Shown here: positions 27,020-40,900 of the stretch, piece after piece
How the letters are laid out: each line of letters begins with the position of its first letter
How positions within the stretch are numbered: the stretch's first letter is position 1
NCBI RefSeq assembly: GCF_026571515.1
Contig: NW_026853413.1
Location: 62,001-126,000 of the forward strand
Length of the DNA stretch: 64,000 bases
Direction: 5' to 3'
From: Ruditapes philippinarum
Lineage: Eukaryota
Notes under the pieces: generated by a model
What the model was told of the DNA's origin: nothing
What the model saw: only the letters and a program-made list of their open reading frames with translations
Database searches by the model: none
Program-made: the position numbers and the translations under genes

Positions 27020-27700
27020 TTTATTAGACGCCCGAAAAATCTGGCTTATTGTGTTATGCACCTGGTCTGTCCGTCATTTAGCAGTTTCCGTGTTCGGTCT
27101 GTATCTTTTAAACCTATGGAAGGAAATTAAAACTACTTGGCAGAAATGTTTACCATAATGAGTCGATAGTTTTCAGCTTTCTCAGTCAATGTCACAATCA
27201 GTCATTTTGTATCAATCATATCCGCCTTGTATCTCTGTAATTGTGTGACACAACGATATCCAGAGCTTAGATATTTGCCATTTAACATAACTTTGTTGAC
27301 CACAAAGTAACTGATATATATCATGCTCCTTGGGTTAAAATTGGCGCCGCCGCGGGGGTCACTTAGTTAATAGATTTGTGTGTAGGAAAACACGTTTAAG
27401 TCATATTTAATGAAACTACAATGGAGTTAAGATATTTGACATATCGCATTGCCTTCTTGGCTTCTGTATAGTACATTAATCATGCCATTTGGGTCAGTGT
27501 TGCCCCGGGAGTACCGTGCCTAATGAAGACTAAGGTAGAGGATATAAGATCTTATTGTGGAATAAACCTATGCCCCTATATCTGACATATAGCATTGATA
27601 GTCGACCTTTATCGAATCATACACTTAGCGTAACTAATGCCCTCCATCTTGCAGGTTATATAGCATTATAAGGATAATTTAGATAAAGTATTTTCAGACA
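27020..27700 (+). mobile_element. Degenerate HINE-like element with diverged internal repeats
   Basis: TTATTAG start, GTCTGTCCGTC remnant, recurring AGATATTTG...AATCATGC...GGGT..AA units. Confidence 0.4.
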
Positions 27701-28397
27701 AGTTTCTTGATTGGGTATCTACACTTATTTAAAAGATTGTTTTTTAATTTCAAACAAATTTACATTGGGGCAAATATTGTCCCGCCTTTGTGGTGCTCTA
27801 GCAGATATCTGACGGATCTAAAAAAAGTTTTATGTCTTGACATGTAACGAAATTGTATTTTGTGATGCATCCGTTTATGGCAGATAAAGGATGAAACCTT
27901 TTAATTCCGATGCCACCAATAATTGCAAAAGATTTGTGCAAGCGTAGATATCAAATCATTTGTTATTTGACTTTAAAAATTATTTAAAGAGTCAATTGTT
28001 GTATTAATTGATACGTTGAAATATTTTTATTGGCAATAAATGCCAACCATATGTAGTCTTAATAGCCATCAAATTTAGGCAGCTGATATTCATCATGTTA
28101 ATATTTTCATTGACTTTTCAGGAAACCTGGACAGCTTATATTTTCTTAGGTATCTTACTCCGGACGGCCGTCTGTCCAACCTCGACAAGTGTTTATCATA
28201 TGATACACATTCTGTATATACATTCCGGTTCAAATACCATGTAAAGAAACACGAACTTTTACTTTTATCATTTTTTTTTTATTTTTCTTTATTTTGACCA
28301 TTGATATCAAACGATATATATCTGACAATCAGTTTATCTAACAGTAACAATAATGACTGTTATCTTGTTTATCAGCTTGGCATGGTTTCTCGTCGGT

Positions 28398-29019
28398 TTA
28401 ATGATCATGTTTACCTCGACACGACCAGCATTCGCAGCACTGTGGCACTGATATTGTTACCTGTATAAATATCATTATATGTATATTTTAATATAATAGA
28501 AAAGTTTTTTTTAAAACTTATACTCAGACAAAACTTAAATTGCTTAAGAGACTTTCCAAACATAGTTTACTTATTCTGTTATTGAAATTAGACAAGTTCA
28601 ATAACTACTTCCAAGATTGCATCAAATTTCTTCAGTAAAAGTATTTTACCCAAAAATGAGCAAAGTAAATCTTTTTGATTGTTTGTTATATATAAACATT
28701 TAAGCCATTCTGATTCTGAATTTCTTTATGTTTGCCATTAAAAAGGGAACTTATCTTTGGGATATGGTACAAGTACTACCAATTCTAGCAGACCTAAGAT
28801 ATATTTTACCAAGGCAAACCTCGCTGTTGTATATGTTCTAATCGAACATGGTGCTTGATTGTCAGTATAAAATAAAGCTATCGGTACTATTAAATCAGAA
28901 AAACAATTCTGAAAAGTCGTTTGCACCTTAGAAATATTTGTAATAGTGAGCACCCAATTTGTTCTCTAAGGAGCGAAACTAAATATGTTATCTTTCTGTT
29001 AACTCTCGAAAACACACAT

Positions 29020-29053
<34 letters not shown>

Positions 29054-31810
29054 ACGCACACACCAACACACACACACACACACACAAACAAAGAATGCAT
29101 TAACGATTAATTTTGAAGTTATTTACATGTGGCGAAACCTTGGTACAATGTTTAAGTCACAAATGATATATAAATATGTAACAGTAATTCTAAATGCCAA
29201 GAGAGTCACCAGTTCGAAAAAGACAAGTGTGATGGGTTTTCTAGTCTTTTCTGGGTATATTACTGAACAGATGGCACCTTTACAATGAATCAGTATAAGT
29301 CTGGTCGAGACTTATTTTTGAATATGAGTGCTCAAACAGACCCAAAACGAAGACCCAGTAAGGGTCGGATACTTGGATGTAGTTTAACAGAACTAATTGT
29401 GAACACTAAGTGTTTAAAAATCTTAGCCTAATAATAAAACTTTATTCAAGGCCCTCATACCTTAATGCAACAAAATGTCTATACCCGCAATATAACTATT
29501 AACATGTATTGTTTGCAGTGTGTAACATTAAGAAGGTACCTACCAGTTTCAGACAGCGATGAGGATTACTTCTACAATCTATCCCGACCCAATCTCCATT
29601 TTCCTGCACGTACGTAATCGGACAGAACACGTAAATGTCCTTATACTCACGGAAATGGGTCTCTAAACATACTGAATTATGTTTGTGGGGAATCTTGTCG
29701 TCTTTGCAATATGTGCCGGTATTACATATTGTCCTGTGTAAATCAATGAAAGATACTAGACTTATATTGTAATTGCACCACAGTAATTTACAACAATAAC
29801 ATGCCCAAACGTTAAATATTTTAGTATTGAAAATAATAGATGTTAAAAAATGGTTTCTTATCGTGGCTGATTAATGCCATTTGTGTTTTCGCCCCGCGCC
29901 CCCGCCATTTGAACTTGTTAATTCTCGACTTTTCGCTTGCCGGAGTCGCGGGACGAAAACACGCTAATCAGCGGGGCTGCGGGCGAATATTTATTTCTTA
30001 ATTCTCGCTCCGCGCCCTCGCGGGCGAAGTTTTATTCGTTTAACTTCGCCGCGCGCCCCCGCTAATTAGCGTGTTTTCGCTCCGCTACCCCGCCATTTTA
30101 AATTGTAAATTCTCGACTTTTCGTTTGGCGGGGTCGTGGGACGAAAACGCGAATGACACAAATCAGCCACCATAGTTTCTTGATACGTTTATTTATACTT
30201 CTATACAATGTCAAATGAAATTTTTGTTAGCATGTATAAATAAAGCATTTCAAATTAAAGTGGTTGTACTTCAGAAGTGTATCATTAAATAATGAATGTA
30301 TAAACATGAAGTATGATAACTTACGTATTACATTTGACAATCCTTACTTGTTGACAACATGGCCACAGTAAGTAGCATGTTTCATCAAATTTTTTACCTG
30401 GAACTCTCTGTGTAAATTTGCCCAACCACGACGCTTTATACGGGCAAGACGACTGCCAGAAATAAGTAATTCTCCTTTCAGGTCTGAAACGTTAAAATAT
30501 CAATAGGAATATCAAAACGTAGGTGAAAAAGTAGTGTCCATATTTGATAAAACGACATGCACGATAGCATGTGTGCTTCGAGATTCAAAGGAAAATGCAT
30601 AATACCGCTAAAAATGAAACGAGGTTCTTGTATATGTGATTCCAAATGGTCCTCCTGTCTTATCCTATATCTTCTTATGACAAATCGTAAATACCTTTTT
30701 AAATTTATTTGATAAATATCCATTACATATATCTTTCTAATACAAATGTAAACGACGTGTTCTACATGTACAATTATATATTCAATGTTCATAATTATCC
30801 TTTATGTCGGCTACCAAGTAGATCTATAAATGTTTCCTATTAATGTGCAGCTGTGGAGATAAACATATAAATGATTATCTCACGATTTTGTTGGGTGATG
30901 TATTTCTTCCGATTCGTCTACAGGACTCCAAGGTGGTGTACAATTGCTTTCTCTCGGAAATTGGCTAAACAAAACCGAGTTGTTGCTAGCTATCATCACA
31001 TAGGGCCACCTGCAATGTATAGATGATATAAACGACACTCAATAGATTTTTCATCCATCAAAGCTTATATGAATGACTCAAACTGACTGAAAATTAAATA
31101 TACTGTTTACATAACGAAGCTTATTTCAGGCAATTATAATCTGTGCCCTGCAAACAGTGGGGTTCATTATTTCAAACTGCTTAACTGGCCATATAAACAA
31201 CAGTTTTGCAATGAAAATTCATTAATAAATACCAGTCATCTCCCTTTATATGTATGTAGATAATATATTTTTGATAACTCATGATATGGCAACTAACAAA
31301 TGTATTAATGCATTAGCTCTTTCTTACTCTTACTCATCTTTAACAGTCGAAAACAATTCTTTAGCTAATTACCAGTCATCACTGAGTAAAGACTCGTCCC
31401 AGTCCGAAAATTGAGTAGGTGGCTCAGGGACAGGAGATCCAAATATATTCTCACATGGTGCAGTATTAAACGGGTCCAAAGTTGGAGCGCCGCCTCTTTC
31501 AAGTGGTACTGGATCAGGCTGACACTGACATACAGTCAGGATCAAGGTTATCAGAATCACAATGTTTTTAAACTTAAAAAAAGCAATATGTTAGGGTAAA
31601 AACTAGTGTCACAAATCAGGAAATTGTGAAGGACATTTAATGTGTATAAAGTTTTAAACAAAATACAATATTTTCATATATCATAAAACATTAAATTCAA
31701 ACTTGTTACCTAATAACCCATCAAAACATTGTGTTCCACAAAGCATTTAATTCAATTAAATGAGTTTAATTCACTTTTAAAATTGTTTTACCAAATTGAG
31801 TCCTTACCAT
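28398..31810 (-). CDS. G4: Spaetzle-like/cystine-knot secreted protein, subfamily B, 246 aa, intact
   Basis: Exons 31810-31808 (ATG), 31572-31373 (FKNIVILITLILTVCQC...DDW), 31009-30884 (WPYVMIASNNSVLFSQFPRESNCTPPWSPVDESEEIHHPTKS), 30483-30325 (PERRITYFWQSSCPYKASWLGKF...ETCYLLWPCCQQVRIVKCNT), 29733-29544 (TICNTGTYC...VCLETHFREYKDIYVFCP...DCRSNPHRCLKL), 28460-28398 (VTISVPQCCECWSCRGKHDH*). 741 nt in frame. Confidence 0.88.
29011..29086. repeat. (CA)n microsatellite
   Basis: Direct inspection. Confidence 0.95.
29859..30174. mobile_element. GC-rich MITE (IS3EU-like) in a G4 intron
   Basis: Termini TATCGTGGCTGATT ... AATCAGCCACCATA; 6-bp TSD GTTTCT (29853-29858, 30175-30180); internal direct and inverted sub-repeats. 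Confidence 0.8.
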
Positions 31811-32063
31811 ATTGATTCCTCGTATGATATCTGGAATAGAAAATTTGTGAACAAAATAAATTAATATTCTGAACAAACAATAGCTTCATCCCTCGATTTT
31901 AATATTTCCATAACAAAATATATGCAATTTATCAACTTCATCAAATTTCTTACAGAAAAAGAATTGATCTCTATATATATAAAGAATATTATATTTTACG
32001 AACCTTTTGTTTACCATGTATTTATTAAATAACACATAAAATGGCTTTACATGGCAAGTACGC

Positions 32064-32118
32064 TTTTTATACCATACTGAAAATGTCAACGAAGGCTTAA
32101 CGAAGGTTCGTCTCGGGT
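32064..32118 (-). promoter_or_regulatory. Putative G4 core promoter: CGAACCT motif + TATA box
   Basis: AGGTTCGTC at 32104-32112; TATAAAAA on - at 32071-32064. Confidence 0.6.
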
Positions 32119-34569
32119 GCGCTATAATATCATAAAAGTTGTCCTGAGCAAGGTATTAGTAATAAGATTTGTATAATTATGACTGTTTCAAATGCTAGAA
32201 TAATCAAATTTTAAGACAATTGTTTTGTGTAGTACGGGAAAATATAAAAAAGAATACAGGTACATTCTTCAAATGGCTTATTTTAGAAATAATAGTTAAA
32301 ACATGAATATAGCAAGCATATTATCGTTGACCATAAGAATTATTTCATTGACATTTTTCTACGTAAAGGCACTTAATATGTTACGGCAGTTTGATCGAGC
32401 ATGAACGGTACTAGAATTTGCAAGACACCGTCCACGTCAACACCCCCCCCCCCCCCAGAACCGGCTTATGCAAAATTCAATCTTAAACATTAAATGGTAT
32501 ATTTTTTTAATTTAGGTACATCCGTAGATCTGTTCATAAGTCTGCACTTTTGACCATTTCTTTTCGTTGTCATTACTATTTCCACTTTTACTTTTAGAAA
32601 TAGACACACTTTAAATTAAGTGACATAACAAATTTCAAGCGCACCTCAATGTTTCATAATACATTTTGTTAATACATTTTGTTAATGTGATTAACAAAAT
32701 GATTTGCATACACGTGTTTTGTTTTATTTCTACATCAGTGATTATAAGATATTTGCTTATTCCATTTGGTGTTATAACTCCGTATTTTTCTAGGAACAGA
32801 ACAAAATACCAACAGATGTTAGACTAATTTGTGTTCACAGATTATGACACATAAGAGTGATGACCTGACCTGTAATTTCTTCTAACTGTAACAGTCGTCT
32901 TCCAATAGCTCAAACATTCTTTTTTTTTCATTTACGGAACCATAAAATAATACATTGAAAAAAAAATCACTTAAGAATGCCTAAAAGTGTAAAACTCAAA
33001 TTTTGCATGCGCAGATCAATTATTCCTGTTCATGGACCTTATTTGTAAGCTATTGTCCTTAACCCCCTCCGCCGGATTGGACAGTATTCAACATTTAAAA
33101 CATGGCAATTATGAAAAGTTTGGATATAGAAACACCAGCAGATATGCTCATACGGTAGTGCTAATAGAACATTTCACGAAAAGCAGCTTGTGGCCTCTAA
33201 ATAAATCAGCGGTGAAAACATTTATCGGGATTCAATAAAATGAGATATTGTAAGAGTTTAGGACAAGTCAAACCTGCATATCACAGAAAGAGGTCAAAAG
33301 ACAAATTGAAAACGCTCTCAGCATGCTTTAAGGGAATTATTCATGATCAAATTAGGAATAAGAAAAAAGGCAAATAGAAGAAAATGAAAGTACCATAAAT
33401 ACAACAATTCTGTCACGATAAATGGCTTTTAAAGATCGTAAGTATAATATCTTATAATGCATTCATAACGCAACAGGGACCAATTGTTGTTGTACACAAA
33501 AGAAATTTTATCCTCAAAATATATGTACGAATATATGCATTTATAAAAATGAGGCTAGATGGAGTTCGATATACATTTGAAACATTTTTGTAACGTTTTG
33601 TTCTTTGGACTCTGGAAATGGAAACGAGGCTAAATGGGGGGGAATTGGTCATATAATAATTTCTATTAAAACATCACATGGCTCAAACATTGAATGTCAT
33701 GGGTTATTCTTGAAAATGTGTGAAATAAATGTTTGTGTTTCAGTTATATTTACGATGCTCGAACCTCTCTAATGAGTTATTTAAAGCTACATTGGCCACT
33801 CGGTCATATCATCACACAAAGAGTCCAAATAATCGAGCCAGGAAAGTAATTAAAGCTCTGAAATTCGTAGCAACTATATCAAAATAAACCAAAAAAGAAT
33901 CGAAGAATGTGAAAAGGTTAATAATACATATATTTCTGCTTTGAAAGACAATACTGAATTGCTTCGACTGTTCGACTATTAGATTTTGTGTTAAAACGGT
34001 CAGATATTGATGATGCACACGCGACTGTAACAAACATAATAACAGATTCATCAGCGTGTTTCACGACAATACCTGTATATGGAAACGCATGTGAAGAAAA
34101 AACGCAAATCGGAAAGGACGGCCACGCGATATAAAGTACTACCTATTTTATAGAAAAAAGCCAAACATGAATTTTAATTACCATGTGAATCGATTGTCAG
34201 ACAATTAGATTACGAAAGAGACAAAACAGCCGGAGTTGATTCAAAGAAGTTCTGGAAAATAGTTAAGTCCGGTAAAAGTTCATCGAAATGTAAATTCATC
34301 GAAATGTTCCTCCGGCTTGAATAAAATTTACATGTTAGTAGTACCATGCTATTTACAATTGATCCTATTTCTTCCCCGGATGACTTTCCTACTATCCTAT
34401 CGCAAACAATGTGGGAATTAATTTTATCATGCCTAAAAGGAAAGGGTTGTTGTCATGTGTTGAACCATTTTAGCATGATATATTCTGTCCTCTATACAAT
34501 TTTCAAAAACGACGATCCTAATTATAATAATACCATATCTTTCGCTTCATTCTGGTTGTTTAATGTGTT

Positions 34570-34812
34570 GGTTTTTAATTTGGTGTTACGTCGAACCAAC
34601 ACTCTGAGGGTCATATGGCGACTTTCAAGCTTATTTGGTGGAGAAAAATCTCCAGTGCTCTTCCGTTCATAATATATGAAGCGAACAGGCTCTTGACTAG
34701 AACAACCGACGTCTCGTCAGTTAGCGGGATAATCTCCAATATGAAAGAATCCAAGAACCAACAGCAGTGGGTGGTAAGTGGTTTGAAGTCAACGACCTTA
34801 ACCATTCGACTA
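34570..34812 (-). mobile_element. tRNA-derived SINE copy
   Basis: GGTCATATGGCGAC, AGAACAACCGACG, ATGAAAGAATCCAAG and TTGAAGTCAACGACCTTAACCA match the family. Confidence 0.7.
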
Positions 34813-36592
34813 TTTGAAATAGTTCTTATGTATTGATGTAAAAAGAAACTCAATCGAAGCTGAATATACAACAATGATGTTTCAGGAGCAGTAAAGCTGT
34901 CCGATGACGTCATTTGTAGTATGCATCCTTTTCCACGAGTCGACGGCAAATTGTACGTGCGTTTTCTAGACCGCCGTCAGGCTTTTGGCCTACTCTTTTT
35001 TGCATAAATAGCCTTATACCCGCACGGTATAGGAAGGTATTTGATGACAAGTGACCAATTTTTGGCCGATGGAGGTGTAAAAAATGAATTACTGACCACA
35101 CATACTTCCATGTAGAACTACATTATAAATTCCGAAGGAATTGACTTTACATATAAGAAGGATTATGTTTGCCCTAACACTTGAAAGTGTGGGAGACGAG
35201 CAGTTCCTAAAAGTTAGAGTAATATATATTTCACTGTTTAAAGATGCCTTTTAGGGATGATTGATAAACTTTCTTTTTAAAAAATGGAGGGAATATGAGG
35301 AAAACATCGCAATGCAAAGCGATATAATGACGATGCTTATTCATTAAAATGAGTCATTAAATACACATCTGACTTTATATTTTTTAACCTATCATCTATG
35401 TTATCATAGCGTTGATCAGTGTCCGGATGTCTAGGTTTAGGTCAATGCGCCGAATCCTTTCAATACTTCCAAACCTTTTGAAAAATTGTATATTTGTAAT
35501 ATATTGCATAATTATGTAACTATAACAAAATAATTACTTACCTATTAACTTACAGACGCCACCCAGCTTTAAGTATAAACATTAACGACAACACTATACG
35601 TATTGTAGTAATACTACATATGTACATGTATGAGTCGTTGTTATTTTTGTTTAGTATTGTATATGTAATATAATATACATGTACTGACTTAAGCTAATCA
35701 CAATGTTAAAGCTTAACCTTCATTTGCTTTCAACGAGCAATAATATCAATGATGTTGTATTTCGAGTCAATTAAATATTAAACAAAACGAATAAATATGT
35801 TCAAAACTTGGATCAATTAGCAACTCAGGATTTTTAACTTGCTTATTTCCAACTGAGGTATCTTGTTAAACTTTTGTTTCCGACAAGATAGGTTAAGAAG
35901 ATTGTATATATTCAGTACCCTTTGAATTATATACACTATCAATTTGTTATTTGTTATTAAGCAAAACTATCAAGAGCAAGACTGATTATTGTCATCTGTA
36001 CCCATCAGAATTATTACAGGATTTCTGACAATATGCTTTTAAATCTGGATTAAAGAGTTGACATTTGATACATTTCTATGTTTAATTTAGTTATTACACT
36101 GTGAATATGTGGCAATTGTTGTTGTTGTTGTTTATTATGGGTATGTCTCTATAAATTTTTAATATATTGATTTCCGTTTAATTTCTTTAATTTGATAACA
36201 TGTTATATGTTTTCGGATATGTATAACTGCATCTACAAATACTATTTAATTGTCTCTATGTCACATTATGTTTAAAGAATTATATTATTATGTTTGTATA
36301 TATGCTCAGTTCTTCATGTATATCAATAAGGATGTAGATTATCTTTCTCTCTTGTTATAGGTTTCCTACACATACAGTTCACGGTGCAGATTTCTTTGTT
36401 TTAACACAGTTTTCTTATTTGAATGTACCATCCTCATTCTTTACGTTTGGTCTACCTGCATACCCATTGACTCTGAATATATCACTCGTCTCTTTCTATT
36501 CCATGTGTGAATGCTTCGCAGCTAGTTTACTTGAGACCGATGATTATAACCACACGTCCGCTGGTGTCTGAAAATGAAAGAACGAGAGGACA

Positions 36593-37004
36593 ATAATAAT
36601 ATCTGTCATATGTTTCGGTTCGGATCGGAATATCCGTCCCGAGGTGACCCGCCCATTGGGCGGTAACGAGGCTTGCCGAGTTACCGCCCATGGGCGGGTA
36701 ACCGAGGGACGGATGTTCCGATCCGAACCGCAAACATATGTCAGATATTTTTTCTTGCATATTCTACCATATTCCATTATATTTTAAATTCTTTATCTTT
36801 ATTTTCAATAGAAATTTATATCATGACAACCGTAACTACTTTCTTACAACAGCGTATGAAATTGCAACTTCATTCATAACGGTAAAATGACGTCATCCTA
36901 AGCGTGCCATTGTACAGCACGCGACTCATCTGGAACCCCCCATGCCAGATGAAATTTCCGGCATGGGTAAAACTAACGGAAACGCCAGTCTGCTATGCAA
37001 GAAA
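36593..37004. mobile_element. Hairpin-ended non-autonomous element (~410 bp)
   Basis: About 75-bp stem at 36597-36750 plus the TTTCTTGCATA/TATGCAAGAAA inverted pair. Absent from the paralogous block near 49790. Confidence 0.75.
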
Positions 37005-37434
37005 GTGCCTTCCTCGACGAGTACAACTGGCACATCGTTATGATGGTTATGTTACACAATTGTTACAAAATTTACACCGCCATATGATGTTCGGATTCGT
37101 TACTTGTATGGCTTAAATGGGTGTTTAAAAAGAATAAAACACAGCTGTTAATGGAGCGGGACAGAAAAAGGTTCACATTGATTGTCTTGCGTTTTGAAGA
37201 TTAATCATGTGCAGATACGTTCACCAAATTCACGCATGAATGAGCCAACGTATATAAAATCGAACCTCTTGTTATTATTTTTAAATGTTATTATTATTTC
37301 ATTATTTACAAAAATTACTTCATAGCTCATTAGAGCTGTATAATGTCGTTTTAAAACCCAAGGCATATAAAAACATCAAATTAATAGCAATACAGCGAAT
37401 ATTATAGATATTTTCCGGCTTAAGTAAGGCATTT

Positions 37435-37610
37435 TTGTCCATGGCCCAAACCAATGGCCCCTCATCGATGTTGGTTGGAATGTCGATAGGAATTTTGGAT
37501 TCTTTCATGTTAGGGAGCTACCAAACTCTTTACAGAACGTCTGTGGTCCTATTCAGGTGCCAGAATGTGCCTGAAATAAAGTATGTACGGGCACCTGATG
37601 TTTTCATGAA
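37435..37610 (+). mobile_element. Degenerate SINE fragment
   Basis: TTTGGATTCTTTCATGT...TTCAGGTGCC...GTGCCTGAAATAA shared with the 8344 copy. Confidence 0.55.
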
Positions 37611-37972
37611 CTTGCTCTATCAAACCGAGCCTGCAAAATTTTCAATTTTGCCGTCTTGGCCTTCTTGGGATACTTATTTCCTGTATTTTTCCTGCAACAG
37701 TAAACCATTTGACATTGAAAGGGAAAGTGCGACTTAAATGTCCAACAAAATAAAAGAAAAGTTTTAAACTGTATTCATTGGATATCTGATGACATGTCAG
37801 TCCGTCCAAAGACAACTTCATACATACATAAATTCGCTCAAAATCAATAATTAACTTTCTTTCATTATTATTTATTTTAATTTAATTCTCTTCTTTTGTT
37901 TCCATGAATTGCAATTAATATGGTTATCCGCGATTGTTGATTTTGCAGCTACGGCTTTTAAGCTGGGGCTTG

Positions 37973-40900
37973 TTATTCTGGTGCAACTGCTTTTTCGTCG
38001 GTTAAAAGATGAGCACCTCGACACGACCAACATTCACAACATTGTGGTACAGATATAGTTACCTGAAATAAATAAAACCAACGTCGAGATAAATGGAACA
38101 ACGTTTAAAGTGAATTGCAATCTTTACTTGTTTTTGAAAAATATATTAACTAATATACAAACAAATAAATGTATTATAATAATAGCAACGAACCATGGAC
38201 AAAGTATTTGAAAAAAAGTATATCATGAGAACTTAAAAATGATGCCCTTTTCTTGAAGTTTTCATTTTTATTTGGAAAAAAAAAACTCAGTGTTGTTTCA
38301 AACTAAGTATTTCAATCATTTTGCCTTAGAAAAGTGCATTATATCACACTGTTAAGCCTTCTCCAAATCAGCGTTCCGAGAGCTATTTATAACAGTGACA
38401 TTGACATTCGTTTATACAGAAAGAAGATCGGGACACGAATCATCCATTTTACTATTTTACTTAAATAGCGCGAACCAGTAAATAAGAGGTATCGAGGGGT
38501 TTCTTTTTGTTTATATACTTTATTGACGTTAAATTTCTTTTTCCAACTAAATCATGTTGATAATGACAATAATATCAAACGATTTATTTAAAAATGACAT
38601 TAGACCTTTAGAAAAGCCGAAGACTGCTTTAATGATCATCTAAAAATAAAATGAAGCACTATTAACTGGTGTTTACAGAAACTGTTAATCTAAAAATAGA
38701 CTACAACTCAAAAACTTGCAACTATTTCCTCGACAAATTCAGTTGTTATTCTTAAAAGGAGTAAGAGAGGTGATTGGGGGAAAATATGTGCTAGTCATAC
38801 AATGACTCTACAACTTTTGCCACTGATCGGCTTATTTATTATTATAAGATATGTAACTACAACCATTTATATCGGATCTTTAAAACCTGCACGATACTCA
38901 CCATTTTGAGACAACGTTTTGGAAATTGCTTACGTGGGTTGTCCCAATATTATGTGACAAGATTGTTTAAAAGCTAGATAAAACAGGTACGAATTTGATA
39001 TTTTAATATGTTATAAACTTATATAATGTAAACATTTTCACAAATTTTCAAAGAAAAATATCAACAAACAACAAAAATATGCCATAAACACCATGGCATT
39101 TAACTGAATAGCAGCGCACGTCCAACGTCAAAAACGGCGTTTAATCTATATAAGGCGCCTTTCTCAAATACTCTTAATGGCTTTCAACGCAATAATGGTA
39201 CCAATAAATCGTCAATTTCTGTCTTAAATCATTTGGTTGTTAATGTCTGTTGAATGTTTGGATGGCATACATTAATTTTTTCAATACGCAAACTTCCGGT
39301 CTCGTTACACCTGTTTTTAGCTGTAGAAAATAGGCGACCAAGATCGGTCTTCCTATCCGTGTTTTCCTTACTTTAGCTTTTTGTAGCGCAAAACTTTGGT
39401 TCCGTTCATGCCTTTTGTACACAAATGCTCAGAATATGTTGCTAAACTGTTATATTTGGTATATTTGTTGAAAATCGTTACATGTGTCATCTGGAGATAG
39501 TCATGAAACCTGAGTGACATGTTCACTGCGCCGCAAATTCTTCGAACGTCGCCATTTTAACTTTCCTATTTTCTATGAGAAATGTTCATTTATCCGTAAC
39601 TTGTTCGTTTCTTAAGTTATTTAACTAAAATTTTCTGAGTTCATGTTAACATAGCAGCAGACATTGTGCAGACACATCATCAGATATTTGAAATATACGT
39701 AATTAATTTCAGCCTATTCATAACAAAATGTAAATTATTTGACGTGCGCCGGCAACTCAAACCAATGTCGTTAATACTGAAAATTTCTAAGTAACTAGAG
39801 GATTTTTTTGTAAATGATTTGTTGTAATGTTAAATAATAATCTTAACTGTTATATGTGTGAATTATTTTCTATTGGCGTTAAAAATGAACCGGCTATAAA
39901 ATTTGTCACGGACTTTTGGGACAACCCTCGTACAATCCACTCGTTCCCACATTCCAGTTGCCTGCCAGTATGTCCAAGGACAGAAGACGTAAATATCCTT
40001 ATATTGACGAAAATTAGTCTCACAACAAACAGAGTTAGTTATCTTGATAACATCTCTACATTGTGTCCGAGTGTTGCAATACGTGCTTGTTAAAGAAAAA
40101 ACTAATTGTAAAGTAGTTAAAAACAATGCAACTTGATGCTATTTGCGTAATACAAACATAACGTTGAGACGGATAATAAAAATGCATTAGGCGCGGCAAT
40201 GAATGTTGTCTCTTTTTAACTTTAACCCGCTCTTATTTTGTATAAAACAATAAATTATTATCGAGATGAATAGAATATTATCGCTAGAGGCTTGCATAAT
40301 ATAATTTTATTCAGATAGTTAACAAGTGTCTTTTTGAACCTAGGGTTAGGGTCCTCCACTTATCCAGTGCCGTCTATTTATGTATCCTAATGTTCCATAA
40401 GTGTATAAAAAATCAGATAATCTTATTGTGAAATAATCTAAAGTGAAACTGTAAAATCTAACAGTTTCATAGGGCAGTATATACCAAACAATGTTGTCCG
40501 ATATAAATGTAAACATCATTTTACTTATCTTAAGAATAAGCTTACGTTATACATTTGACAATCCGTACTTGTTGACAACATGGCCAGAGTACATAGCAGG
40601 TCTCTGAATAAATTGAACCGGGTATTTTCCATGAAAACTTGCCAAGCCACGACGCCTCATACGGACATGATGGTTGCCAGAAAAATAAAATTCTGAAACG
40701 TAAAAGAAATTAAACTTATTAAACATAGGTCTTTCTTTTGTGTGTTTTTGAATCAATGAAATAATCAGAATAATATTTTCTAAAACATTATTTAAGGCTT
40801 ATCTAGATTTAGTTTTTTATATGATATAGTGGACACTGTTTATGATAAAGTAAACATTTTGTATGTATGATATAGGGAATATTTTATATGATACAGTGAA

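Noticed and set aside
28890-29103. CVCV/HTHT ORFs
   Set aside because: Translation of a (CA)n microsatellite.
34190-34440. Possible LINE ORF2 remnant (DSKKFWKIVKS; SPDDFP)
   Set aside because: Too short and degenerate to support without a profile search.
36527-36879. Overlapping ORFs on both strands; similar ones at 52167-52440 and 963-1184
   Set aside because: They arise from palindromic mobile elements and lack splice or protein-family support.
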